Shown here: in pieces, positions 18,351 through 26,128 of the stretch
Layout of the letters: the number at the start of each line of letters is the position of its first letter
Position numbering within the stretch: the first letter of the stretch is position 1
Assembly (NCBI RefSeq): GCF_019464535.1
Contig: NZ_CP080507.1
Location: 1,710,001 to 1,742,000 of the forward strand
Direction of reading: 5' to 3'
DNA: 32,000 nucleotides
Source: Horticoccus luteus
GTDB taxonomy: Bacteria > Verrucomicrobiota > Verrucomicrobiia > Opitutales > Opitutaceae
Notes under the pieces: generated by a model
Database searches by the model: none
Seen by the model: only the letters and a program-made list of their open reading frames with translations
What the model was told of the DNA's origin: nothing
Program-made: the position numbers and the translations under genes

Positions 18351-18425
18351 GGCGCGGTAGCCAAGTGGTAAGGCCGAGGTCTGCAAAACCTCTATGCGCC
18401 GGTTCAATTCCGGCCCGCGCCTCCA
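18351..18425 (+). tRNA. tRNA-Cys (anticodon GCA), CCA encoded
   Basis: Manual cloverleaf. Acceptor GGCGCGG/CCGCGCC. D arm GCCAAGTGGTAAGGC. Anticodon arm GAGGT-CTGCAAA-ACCTC. Variable TATGC. T arm GCCGG-TTCAATT-CCGGC. Discriminator T, then CCA. Total 75 nt. Confidence 0.93.
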
Positions 18426-18613
18426 AATTTTAAGTGCGAAAGCGAAGTCCCGATGCGTCGGGCAAGAGACGCGAGGAAGAGCAAGTCGCGGGCAGCGGGC
18501 AACGGTTTGCGCCGAGGCACAGCGAATATTTTGCGCGAGATTTGAACGGCGAGCCTGCCGGATGCGTCTTCCCCACTGTTGTTTTTGTTGTTTCTGGTTT
18601 TGTGGTAGAAACC

Positions 18614-18643
18614 AAAAAGAGGCCGCCGCGGGGCGGCCTTTTT
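18614..18643. terminator. Bidirectional intrinsic terminator (A5-G-A-GGCCGCC-GCGG-GGCGGCC-T5)
   Basis: 7-bp GC stem (18621-27 / 18632-38) plus an A:T closing pair, with a 4-nt loop. T5 lies downstream on the + strand and TCTTTTTGG downstream on the - strand. Confidence 0.75.
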
Positions 18644-18693
18644 GCTGCTCCTGCGCTCCGTTGGCGGCAGCGCGCGGCGGGCTTGGGCGCCGC

Positions 18694-18717
18694 AAAACTT
18701 CAACCGCGCCGTTGAAG
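18694..18717 (-). terminator. Weak intrinsic terminator after the histidine kinase gene
   Basis: CTTCAAC / GTTGAAG 7-bp stem with a 6-nt loop. On the minus strand it is followed by TTTTG. It starts 25 nt downstream of the kinase stop at 18742. Confidence 0.45.
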
Positions 18718-18741
18718 GGAGCGGCCGCCGCCGGCTGCGAT

Positions 18742-20190
18742 TTACTTCGTCGTTGTTTCGACGAACGGACTTTCCGTGTGGCTGGGCTCGTATTCGCCCG
18801 CGATGGAGAAGTGCACGGTGGTGCCTTCACCCACGCGACTTTCAAGCGTCATCGCCCCGCCCATGCGTTCACAAAGTCGGCGCGAGATGAGCAGACCGAG
18901 ACCGTGACCTTGGGCGCGATTGGCGCTTGAGGCGTCGACTTGGCTGAACGCACGGAACAGGAGGTTTACCTTTTCAGCCGGAATGCCCGCACCGGTGTCA
19001 GTCACCGTGAAGAACAGTTTCAGGTGCCGCCGTTTGGGGCTGATCGATTCGCCGCGGGCGCAACGCACTTCGATGTTTACGCGGCCGCGCTCAGTGAACT
19101 TGAGCGCGTTGGCCACCAGGTTGGTGAGGATTTGCCGCAGGCGGTTTTCGTCGCCGTAGACCGTAACCGGCACGTCGCTGTGGACGTGGAACGTGAGGGT
19201 GACTCCGGAGGTGCGGGCGCGGGGCGCGAAGAAGGCGCAGACGCTTTCGAGACAGGCGCGCGGGAGAAAAGCGGCCGAGGCGATTTCGATCTTGTCGGCT
19301 TCCAATCGCGAAAGATCGAGGAGGTCGTTGACCAAGGCTTCGAGTGCAAGACTGCTGGAGCGGATGAGGGCGACATGCTCGCGTTGTTCGGCGTCGAGTT
19401 TGGTGTCGGAAAGAAGGCGGGAAAAGCCGACAATGCCGTTCACGGGCGTGCGGATTTCGTGACTGACCATTGCCACGAAATCCGACTTCGCGCGCTCCAT
19501 GGCTTCGGCCTTTTCCTTCGCTTGCAGGAGGGTGGATTCCGAGGCTTTGCGATCGGTGATGTCGTGGCCGACGGCTTGAAATTCGCGGGGGGCGGACGGG
19601 CTGACGCGAATGCCGCGCTGGGTCCAGAGAATCCAGCGTTGTTGCCCGTCCGGCAAGGTGACCAAGCGCTCGAAGGTCAGCGCGGCTTCGCTGTCGGTTT
19701 TGACGGCATCGGCGCAGACGAAGGGCCGGCCGATCAGATCGCTGCGGCTGGCGCCGAGCGCGCGGGAGTAAGCGCCGTTGACGAAAGTGAGTTCTCCGTC
19801 GGCGCGATAGCGGCAGATGAGATCCACCTGATCTTCGACAATGCCGCGATAGCTGGCTTCGACGCGTTGGAGAGATTGGGCGAGGCGCTCGATCTTGCGG
19901 GCAAGGCCAATGACTTCGTCGGTGTCGTCGATGCTGCCGGAGCCGAGGGGGGAGGAAAAGTCGTCGGGCGCTTCGCCGATTTTTTGCAGGCGCTGGCGGA
20001 GGGTGCGATCCCAGACGTAGCCTGCGAGGACGAGCAGAACACAGCCGCAGATGGCGAAACCCAGGACGTAGAAAGCAGTGCCAAGTCGTTCACGCAAATC
20101 CTCTTGCATGACAATGGCGAGCAGCGCGGCGACGAGGCTCAGTGCCAACGCGAAGATCAAGATGGTCTTTCGCCGATAGGAGTTACGCAT
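18742..20190 (-). CDS. Membrane-anchored PAS sensor histidine kinase (no receiver domain)
   Basis: Two N-terminal TM helices with a very short loop between them, then a PAS-like region. H-box SHEIRTPVNGIVGF, G1 DTGAGI, G2 GHGLGL. ATG at 20190. Confidence 0.88.
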   Translation of the reverse strand: MRNSYRRKTILIFALALSLVAALLAIVMQEDLRERLGTAFYVLGFAICGCVLLVLAGYVWDRTLRQRLQKIGEAPDDFSSPLGSGSIDDTDEVIGLARKIERLAQSLQRVEASYRGIVEDQVDLICRYRADGELTFVNGAYSRALGASRSDLIGRPFVCADAVKTDSEAALTFERLVTLPDGQQRWILWTQRGIRVSPSAPREFQAVGHDITDRKASESTLLQAKEKAEAMERAKSDFVAMVSHEIRTPVNGIVGFSRLLSDTKLDAEQREHVALIRSSSLALEALVNDLLDLSRLEADKIEIASAAFLPRACLESVCAFFAPRARTSGVTLTFHVHSDVPVTVYGDENRLRQILTNLVANALKFTERGRVNIEVRCARGESISPKRRHLKLFFTVTDTGAGIPAEKVNLLFRAFSQVDASSANRAQGHGLGLLISRRLCERMGGAMTLESRVGEGTTVHFSIAGEYEPSHTESPFVETTTK

Positions 20191-20351
20191 CCGGGCGGGA
20201 GCCTGCGGATTGTGAGTGTGAAGTCTAATAAAAAAGCGGGCGCGCGGCGCGGGGTGCGGCGGATTTGTTTTGATGCGAGGCCGGGGGGCGTATCAGCGTC
20301 GGCGCCTGCGTGACGGCCGGGCGTTTGGTTCGCCGGACGCATTCTTACTCC

Positions 20352-21002
20352 ATGAAAAAAGCTCTGATTTTCCAAGGTGGCTGGGATGGCCACCAACCCA
20401 GGCAATGTGCCGATCTGTTCGCCACGAAACTGACCGAGCGCGGGTTTGCCGTCGAGGTGGCCGACTCCCTGACCGTGCTCAATGACGCAGAACGGTTGCG
20501 CGAGTTATCGTTGATCGTGCCGCTGTGGACGTGCGGCACACTCACGGCCGAGCAGGAAACCAATCTCGTGGCTGCCGTCGAAAAGGGCGGTGTGGGGCTG
20601 GGCGGGTTTCACGGCGGCATGGGCGATGCGTTTCGGGGCGCCATTTCGTATCAATGGATGGTGGGCGGACAATTTCTGGCGCATCCGGACAACGTGAAGG
20701 ACTACACGATCAACATCGTGCGACCCGACGATCCGATCACTCGCGGGATTCCGGATTTCAAGGTGCGCAGCGAGCAATACTACATGCTGGTCGATCCCCG
20801 CAATGAGGTGCTTGCGACGACGACGCATCAGAGTGTGAGCGCGACATGGACCAATGGCGTGGTGATGCCGTTTGTCTGGAAAAAACCGCATGGTGCGGGC
20901 CGCGTTTTTTATGCGGCGATGGGGCACCAGCTCGCGGAGTTTCACGATCATCCGGAGCAGTTGGAAATCACGTTGCGCGGCATGGTTTGGGCCGCGCGGT
21001 AA
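20352..21002 (+). CDS. ThuA domain-containing protein
   Basis: ATG at 20352 (MKKALIFQGGWDGHQP...). GGFHGG...GGQFLAHP and the overall length of 216 aa fit the ThuA (trehalose-utilisation-like) fold as I recall it. Confidence 0.8.
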   Translation: MKKALIFQGGWDGHQPRQCADLFATKLTERGFAVEVADSLTVLNDAERLRELSLIVPLWTCGTLTAEQETNLVAAVEKGGVGLGGFHGGMGDAFRGAISYQWMVGGQFLAHPDNVKDYTINIVRPDDPITRGIPDFKVRSEQYYMLVDPRNEVLATTTHQSVSATWTNGVVMPFVWKKPHGAGRVFYAAMGHQLAEFHDHPEQLEITLRGMVWAAR

Positions 21003-21024
21003 GCGCGGACCTCGCACCAGGTTG

Positions 21025-21055
21025 AAACAAAAAGGCCCGCTCGGGAGAGCGGGCC
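21025..21055 (-). terminator. Intrinsic terminator for the minus-strand 4-gene cluster
   Basis: GGCCCGCTC (21034-42), loop GGGA, GAGCGGGCC (21047-55). On the minus strand it is followed by TTTTTGTTT (21025-33). It lies 30 nt after the stop of the TIM-barrel gene. Confidence 0.7.
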
Positions 21056-21084
21056 GAAGAACCGGGCAAAAGGACGAAGCGGCG

Positions 21085-21933
21085 TTATTTCGCGCGTTTC
21101 CAGGCTTTCGCGAGTTCGCCTCTCAGGACGACGGCATCAGGCCAGGCCGGGGGGAGGCCGGTGATGTTATAGCCGGCACCGCCCTCGTGATACGGTCCCA
21201 TTTCCGGGCAGACGTAGAGCGTACGATCTGCGTTTTGCGGGGCGGCTTTCCAGCATTTGAAAAGGTCGACGGTGAACGCCAGATAGCTTTTGGCCTCGTC
21301 GGTGAGTGCGCCTTTGTGCGTGACGGCGACCTGGCAATGGTGGCCGTTGAAGGGCCGGCAATGCGATTGATCGGAGTTTTGCACGAGGTCGGGATGGTCG
21401 AGGAGGCGGGCGCTGTAGTTGCCCGGTCCGAGATGTTTCACGACCGCGAAGTGCGAGAAATCGAAGTTGATCTTGATGAGCTGACCGGTGGCTTTCTGAA
21501 AGCGCTCGGCGATTTCATAGGTCTTTTCCGGCGTCTCGGTGCAGCAGTCGCGATGAACTTCGAGCGAGACGACGACGCCGCCGATTTTCTCGGCTTCGCG
21601 CACGAGGCGCAACCAGTGTTTGGCGGCGACGGCGGGCGGAGTGTCGTGGTCGTCGAGCTGGACGTTGATCTGCACGGCGCCGGCTTCTTTTTGAGCGCGG
21701 ATCGCGGCAACATATTTTTCCGGATCGCCCGAGCTGTCGGAGATGAATCCGAGCAGGTGCGGGAGTTGGTATTTTTCCGCCAAGCGGCGATGTTCGGGCG
21801 TGAGGGCAGTGGTGATGCCGTCGAAGCCGGCGTCGGCGACTGCTTTAATTTTCTTCTCGAGGGACCACTCTTTTTCACGAGAGGGGTGGCCGACGAGGGA
21901 CCAAAGGTTGGCAATGTGGGCGATGTGGGGCAT
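21085..21933 (-). CDS. Sugar phosphate isomerase/epimerase (xylose isomerase-like TIM barrel)
   Basis: 282 aa. The general pattern (AGFDGI..., EVH..., FDFSHF, CPEMGP) is consistent with the AP_endonuc_2/xylose-isomerase-like TIM-barrel family. No specific function can be assigned. Confidence 0.7.
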   Translation of the reverse strand: MPHIAHIANLWSLVGHPSREKEWSLEKKIKAVADAGFDGITTALTPEHRRLAEKYQLPHLLGFISDSSGDPEKYVAAIRAQKEAGAVQINVQLDDHDTPPAVAAKHWLRLVREAEKIGGVVVSLEVHRDCCTETPEKTYEIAERFQKATGQLIKINFDFSHFAVVKHLGPGNYSARLLDHPDLVQNSDQSHCRPFNGHHCQVAVTHKGALTDEAKSYLAFTVDLFKCWKAAPQNADRTLYVCPEMGPYHEGGAGYNITGLPPAWPDAVVLRGELAKAWKRAK

Positions 21934-21945
21934 GGGAGAAAGGGC

Positions 21946-22830
21946 TCAGGCGTGGCGGCCTTTGAACGTGAGTTCGGCGACGCCGCTCTTGTCGAGTTGG
22001 CCGAGGCCGAGGGCGACCATCCGATCGAACTGGAGCTTGGCGGCGGCGGCGAGGGGAAGGTTGAGGCCGGTCTCGGCGCCAAGGGTCCAGGCGATGCCGC
22101 TGTCTTTGGCCGCGTGCGAACCGGAGAAGAAGCACGCGTGGTCGCGATTCTGCATGTCTTCGCCGTCGGTTTTGAGAACTTGGGAGTTGGCGCCGGTCTG
22201 GCTGAAGACTTCGCGCAGCATGTTGAGATCGAGCCCGAGGGCGGCAGCGAGGCCGAGGCCTTCGGCGAGCGCGCAGGTATTGATATTCATCACCATGTTG
22301 ACGAGGGCCTTGACCTGCGCCGCCTGGCCGGTCGTGCCGATGTAGCGGAGAGCAGTGCTGAGTTTCTCGAGGATCGGTTGAACGCGATCGAAGGTCGCCC
22401 GGTCGCCGCCGCACATGAGGTAGAGGGTGCCGTTGCGCGCTTGGGGAATCGACGAGGCCATGCAGCCTTCGAGGGTGAAAGCTCCGGCGGCTTGAGCGCG
22501 GCGGGCGACCTCGACGTGCGTCTTCGGCGTGATGGTCGCGCAATTCACGAACACTTTGCCGGCGGCCTTCGTCAGCAGGGAATCACCTGATTCTGCGAAG
22601 ACACCGAGTTGCGCGGCGTCGTCTGTGACGACGGTAAAGATCACGTCCGCAGCCGCGGTGACGGCGGCGAGGGTGGTGGCGTGCGTGGCACCAATTTCCT
22701 TGGCCAATTCCGCGGCGGCGGGCGCATGGACGTCGTAAACGGCGGTGACGGTGTAACCGCAATCTTTGAGGCGGCGGGCCATGTTGGCGCCCATCCGGCC
22801 AACTCCGACAAAAGCGATTTTTTCAGACAT
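21946..22830 (-). CDS. NAD(P)-dependent beta-hydroxyacid dehydrogenase (3-hydroxyisobutyrate / tartronate-semialdehyde reductase family)
   Basis: N-terminal Rossmann motif KIAFVGVGRMGANMARRL. The 294-aa length and the C-terminal all-helical half are typical of the HIBADH/6PGDH-NAD-binding family. Confidence 0.85.
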   Translation of the reverse strand: MSEKIAFVGVGRMGANMARRLKDCGYTVTAVYDVHAPAAAELAKEIGATHATTLAAVTAAADVIFTVVTDDAAQLGVFAESGDSLLTKAAGKVFVNCATITPKTHVEVARRAQAAGAFTLEGCMASSIPQARNGTLYLMCGGDRATFDRVQPILEKLSTALRYIGTTGQAAQVKALVNMVMNINTCALAEGLGLAAALGLDLNMLREVFSQTGANSQVLKTDGEDMQNRDHACFFSGSHAAKDSGIAWTLGAETGLNLPLAAAAKLQFDRMVALGLGQLDKSGVAELTFKGRHA

Positions 22831-22847
22831 GTTAGTGGTGATGAGGG

Positions 22848-23672
22848 TTAGCGGGCGAAGAAGGGATTGTGCTGCTTTTCCTGGGCGAGGGTCGTGAGCG
22901 GGCCGTGGCCGCAGGCGAAGACGGTATCGCGCGGGAGCGAGAGGATTTTTTGGACGTTATTTCGATATTGGTCTTCGAAGTTCGTCGGGCTGCCGCCCAT
23001 CGAGCACGAGAAGATCGAGTCGCCTACAATGGCGAGGGGCCAGCTCAAGCCGGTGACAAAAAACGTCGTCATGCCGGGCGAGTGGCCCCACGTGGAGAGC
23101 GTTTTGATCGCGAGCTCGCCGAGGTGAAAATGGACGTTTTCCTGAAAGGTTTTCGCGCCGGGAAAATCCGCGGGTTCGCGGTCGCTGGCCCAGACGTCGG
23201 CCTTGGTTTCCGCAGCGAGGCGGGGCAGGTCGGCCACGTGGTCCTCGTGGGTGTGCGTGAGAAAGATGTAGCGCACATCGAGGTGTTCGGCGCGGATGAC
23301 GTCGATCATTCCGGTCGCATCGGCGCCGGTATCGAAGGCGGCCGCCTGGCGCGAGCGGGGATCCCAAATGAGGTAACTATTGACCGTCATGTCCTCGAAA
23401 GGAGTGTTAAACGCGGCGAATCCGCGCGGGAACACGGGTTGCTGGGGATACCACGCTTTTTCCGCGAGGGTTTCGAGGGCGTTGGGCCCGAGGCGCAGGT
23501 GACGCGCGAGGCGGCGGATGACCGGAACGATCGGTTCGCCGCCTTTGACGGCGGCGAGATCTGCGGCGGAAACCTCGGCCTTGGCGGCGAGTTCTTCGTC
23601 GGAGATTTTCAGACCGCGTTGGGTCTTGTTGATGACGTCGTTAAAATTATCTTCGAGAGGAATCCGAGCCAT
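22848..23672 (-). CDS. MBL-fold metallo-hydrolase with an N-terminal HTH-like extension
   Basis: HxHxDH motif (LTHTHEDHVADL) and later His/Asp ligands (WGHSPG, IVGDS, CGHGP). The first 85 aa or so (KISDEELAAKAEVSAADLAAVKGGEP...IRRLARHLRLGPNAL) resemble an XRE/Cro-type HTH. Confidence 0.85.
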   Translation of the reverse strand: MARIPLEDNFNDVINKTQRGLKISDEELAAKAEVSAADLAAVKGGEPIVPVIRRLARHLRLGPNALETLAEKAWYPQQPVFPRGFAAFNTPFEDMTVNSYLIWDPRSRQAAAFDTGADATGMIDVIRAEHLDVRYIFLTHTHEDHVADLPRLAAETKADVWASDREPADFPGAKTFQENVHFHLGELAIKTLSTWGHSPGMTTFFVTGLSWPLAIVGDSIFSCSMGGSPTNFEDQYRNNVQKILSLPRDTVFACGHGPLTTLAQEKQHNPFFAR

Positions 23673-23748
23673 GCAGAGGCAGTAAACGGGGGCCGGGGAG
23701 GAGCGCGCAAGCTGAATGCCCGTGAAAGTTGGCGCGGGGTGCCACCGG

Positions 23749-25236
23749 CTACATCGGCTTGCCGGAACGCGGGGGACACGTGGCGGCGTTGGAAAGCGGA
23801 TGAAAGGCGCGGATGCGCGTCAAAAGGCTTTGATAGAAGTCATACGCCGGGGAGCCGGGCGTGCGGGGAAGCGAAGACTGGAGAGCTGCGGCGCCCTGAT
23901 CGGCTTTGCTTTGGTATTCTTCGCGGAGGCGGGCGGCGCGTTCGCGATAGTCGGCGTTGTCGATTCCGGCATGTTCGGCGAGGAGCGGCAGCCAATGATG
24001 CGCGTATTGGACGTGGGCAGTCTCGTCGATGATATCGAAGAGCATCATTTCGGCGGACTCAAGATCCTGACCTTCTTTGAAATCGACGTAGCTCTCGTTT
24101 TTGACCACGAAATGGCCGGTTTCCGCGATCAGTCCGATCATGAAAACATGCTGGTAGAGTTCGGGTTTGGTGATGGGTTCGGCGCGGTAGGATGACAGGA
24201 GTTCGTCGTGATGCGCGAAACATTCGTCGAGGGAGAGTCCGCGCTCGGCGGCGATTTGTTGTAAGAGCGCTTCGCGTTCGGCGTTATCATAGCCGGGGAA
24301 GCCCACTTCCTCGAGTGAGATGTTAAAGTCCCGCAGCCGCGAATGACCCGAATCGCCGTGGCGAGACTCGTCCCAAAGGTGGCGGGAAATATCGTGGTGC
24401 CAGTCCCACGGCATGTAGTGACCATCGTAAAGCCAGCGCAACTGGTCGTCGGGGAGGTTTTTTTCCAACATGTAGCCGTAAGCCCAAAAGAGGCGCCGCG
24501 TCTCAAGGCTGGTGCGAAAGTCGGCGCGCACGTAGTCCATGAATGGCTGCTGGGAACGGAGCGGTTGGTCGCGGCGGCTGAAACGAGCGAGGCGAAAGTC
24601 CGTGCCGACGCCGGCGGGGCGCGCGTGACCTTCCGCGCCGATTTTCAGGGGCTCGCGAAGGTGACCGCAGGCGGCGAGCTGGGACTCGACGGCGGCGCGG
24701 TAGGTGGCGTCGGTGACGTGCGGATGCCGGCGGCGCCAGTCGCGATACCAGAGCCATTGCTGGCTTTTGATCTGGTTGATTTCGTGCAGCAGAGCGACGG
24801 TGGGTGCGTCGTGAATGGGGTGGGCGTGCGTCGAGTATTCGCCGTAAGCCGCGGTGAGCGTCTTGAGGAGGCATTGGTAGATGCCGTCCAACGCATCCTC
24901 GAGGCCGGGGGCGAGGAGGATCGCGTTGGCGAGGTGTTCGAGGCGGGCGGAAACCGGCGCGTCCGGTTTACCGCCGGGAAACTGGGCGATGCGTTCGCGG
25001 AGACGGCGGACACACTCCGCTTGGTCCCACACGTGGCGGTGAATGGCGCTTTTATCATCCCACGGGGCAATTTCCCGGCCCCAAGCGCATATGAGGCGGT
25101 GCATGCTGCGCTCCACATACTGCCAGTCCCCGAGCAAATCGACGATAGCGGGTTTTTGGCGGGTTGTTGCATCGACGGAAAGTCGGGGCCGGGAGGCGGC
25201 GGGGCGGGTGGAAACGGGGGCGGAAAGCGAGCTCAT
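23749..25236 (-). CDS. Hypothetical protein with a ferritin-like di-iron carboxylate motif pattern (function unknown)
   Basis: ATG at 25236 (MSSLSAPVS...). The ORF-track start at 25377 would run into the divergent AraC gene. In 542-aa ORF numbering the C-terminal half carries E305-X31-E337xxH340 and E419(xxH422)-X32-E452xxH455. I recognise no named family. Confidence 0.7.
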   Translation of the reverse strand: MSSLSAPVSTRPAASRPRLSVDATTRQKPAIVDLLGDWQYVERSMHRLICAWGREIAPWDDKSAIHRHVWDQAECVRRLRERIAQFPGGKPDAPVSARLEHLANAILLAPGLEDALDGIYQCLLKTLTAAYGEYSTHAHPIHDAPTVALLHEINQIKSQQWLWYRDWRRRHPHVTDATYRAAVESQLAACGHLREPLKIGAEGHARPAGVGTDFRLARFSRRDQPLRSQQPFMDYVRADFRTSLETRRLFWAYGYMLEKNLPDDQLRWLYDGHYMPWDWHHDISRHLWDESRHGDSGHSRLRDFNISLEEVGFPGYDNAEREALLQQIAAERGLSLDECFAHHDELLSSYRAEPITKPELYQHVFMIGLIAETGHFVVKNESYVDFKEGQDLESAEMMLFDIIDETAHVQYAHHWLPLLAEHAGIDNADYRERAARLREEYQSKADQGAAALQSSLPRTPGSPAYDFYQSLLTRIRAFHPLSNAATCPPRSGKPM

Positions 25237-25279
25237 GTTATAGATTGGCGGAGCATATCCTTTTCTGCACGTTCGGTCT

Positions 25280-26110
25280 GTGCCCAATAAGCGCAAATCT
25301 GTATCGAAAATTGACCAGACGGCATGGCGAAGCCCGTTGACGGCCAGCGGGCACCGGCTCGGCGAGCCGGATTTCACGGTGCAAACGCATGAGGTGGGTT
25401 GCGCGCGTTATGGGCGCGAGTGGGATCACGCCCAGGTGTGCAGCCCTTACTGGCGGCTCTATTATAACTTTGAAGCTGGCAGTTCCGTGCGCGCGGGCAC
25501 GGCGGTGTGGCCGCTCGGGCCGGAGCGGGTGATCGTGATTCCGGAGGGGGTGGTGTTCGATTGCCGGGGAGGCGAAGGGGCGCGCCACCTTTGGGTTCAT
25601 TTTACGACCCGGCCGGCGTTTTCCTGCGCCATACGGGCGGTGTCGGCGGATGACGTGCTGCGTGCGATGCTGGGGCGGTTGGCGGAGGAAGTAGCGGCAG
25701 ACGAAGGGCGACGGGGAAGTTTGCACCATTGGAGCATTGCGGTGGTGAGGGCAACGCTCGCCGCGGCCGGGGTCGTGCCCGCGGCCACCCACCCGCGCTT
25801 GCGAAAGGTGTTGCGGTGCGTGGAGGGCGGGTTGCGCGGAGAGTTGAGCAACCAAGTGCTCGCGCAGGCGGTGGGGCTGAGCGTCGAGGCGTTTATCCGG
25901 TGGTTCGGACGGGAGACAGGGCGGACGCCGGCGGTGTTTGTAGCCGAAGAACGAGTGCGCGAAGCCGGGCGGCAGTTAGTCTTTACCAACGATTCTATTG
26001 AGCACATCGCCGAGGCGGTCGGGTTTGCCAATCGGCATCATTTTACGCGGGTGTTTACGCGTTATGCCGGTTGCGCGCCCGGCGCCTTTCGACGAACGAG
26101 AAAGCCGTAA
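25280..26110 (+). CDS. AraC family transcriptional regulator (start uncertain, 25280-25379)
   Basis: C-terminal double HTH (LSNQVLAQAVGLSVEAFIRWFGRETG...IEHIAEAVGFANRHHFTRVFTRYAGCAPGAFRR). N-terminal cupin-like sensor (YWRLYYN). The first 33 codons or so are AT-richer and look non-coding. An in-frame GTG at 25379 is an alternative start. Confidence 0.85.
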   Translation: MPNKRKSVSKIDQTAWRSPLTASGHRLGEPDFTVQTHEVGCARYGREWDHAQVCSPYWRLYYNFEAGSSVRAGTAVWPLGPERVIVIPEGVVFDCRGGEGARHLWVHFTTRPAFSCAIRAVSADDVLRAMLGRLAEEVAADEGRRGSLHHWSIAVVRATLAAAGVVPAATHPRLRKVLRCVEGGLRGELSNQVLAQAVGLSVEAFIRWFGRETGRTPAVFVAEERVREAGRQLVFTNDSIEHIAEAVGFANRHHFTRVFTRYAGCAPGAFRRTRKP

Positions 26111-26128
26111 CGGCAAGAGAGGCCGAGC

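Noticed and set aside
18940-20313. 457-aa ORF antisense to the histidine kinase
   Set aside because: Same reasoning. The kinase on the minus strand has complete H, G1 and G2 boxes. The antisense product is low-complexity and extends through the promoter region.
18351-21002. tRNA-Cys as the attachment site of a genomic island
   Set aside because: There is no integrase, recombinase or mobility gene downstream. I could not find a direct repeat of the tRNA 3' end (…GGTTCAATTCCGGCCCGCGCC) elsewhere in the window. Apart from short spacers, the GC content does not shift.
20872-22590. 572-aa ORF on the + strand
   Set aside because: It runs antisense across the end of the ThuA gene, a terminator, the TIM-barrel gene, an intergenic gap and part of the dehydrogenase gene. 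It has no motifs. It is a GC-rich shadow ORF.
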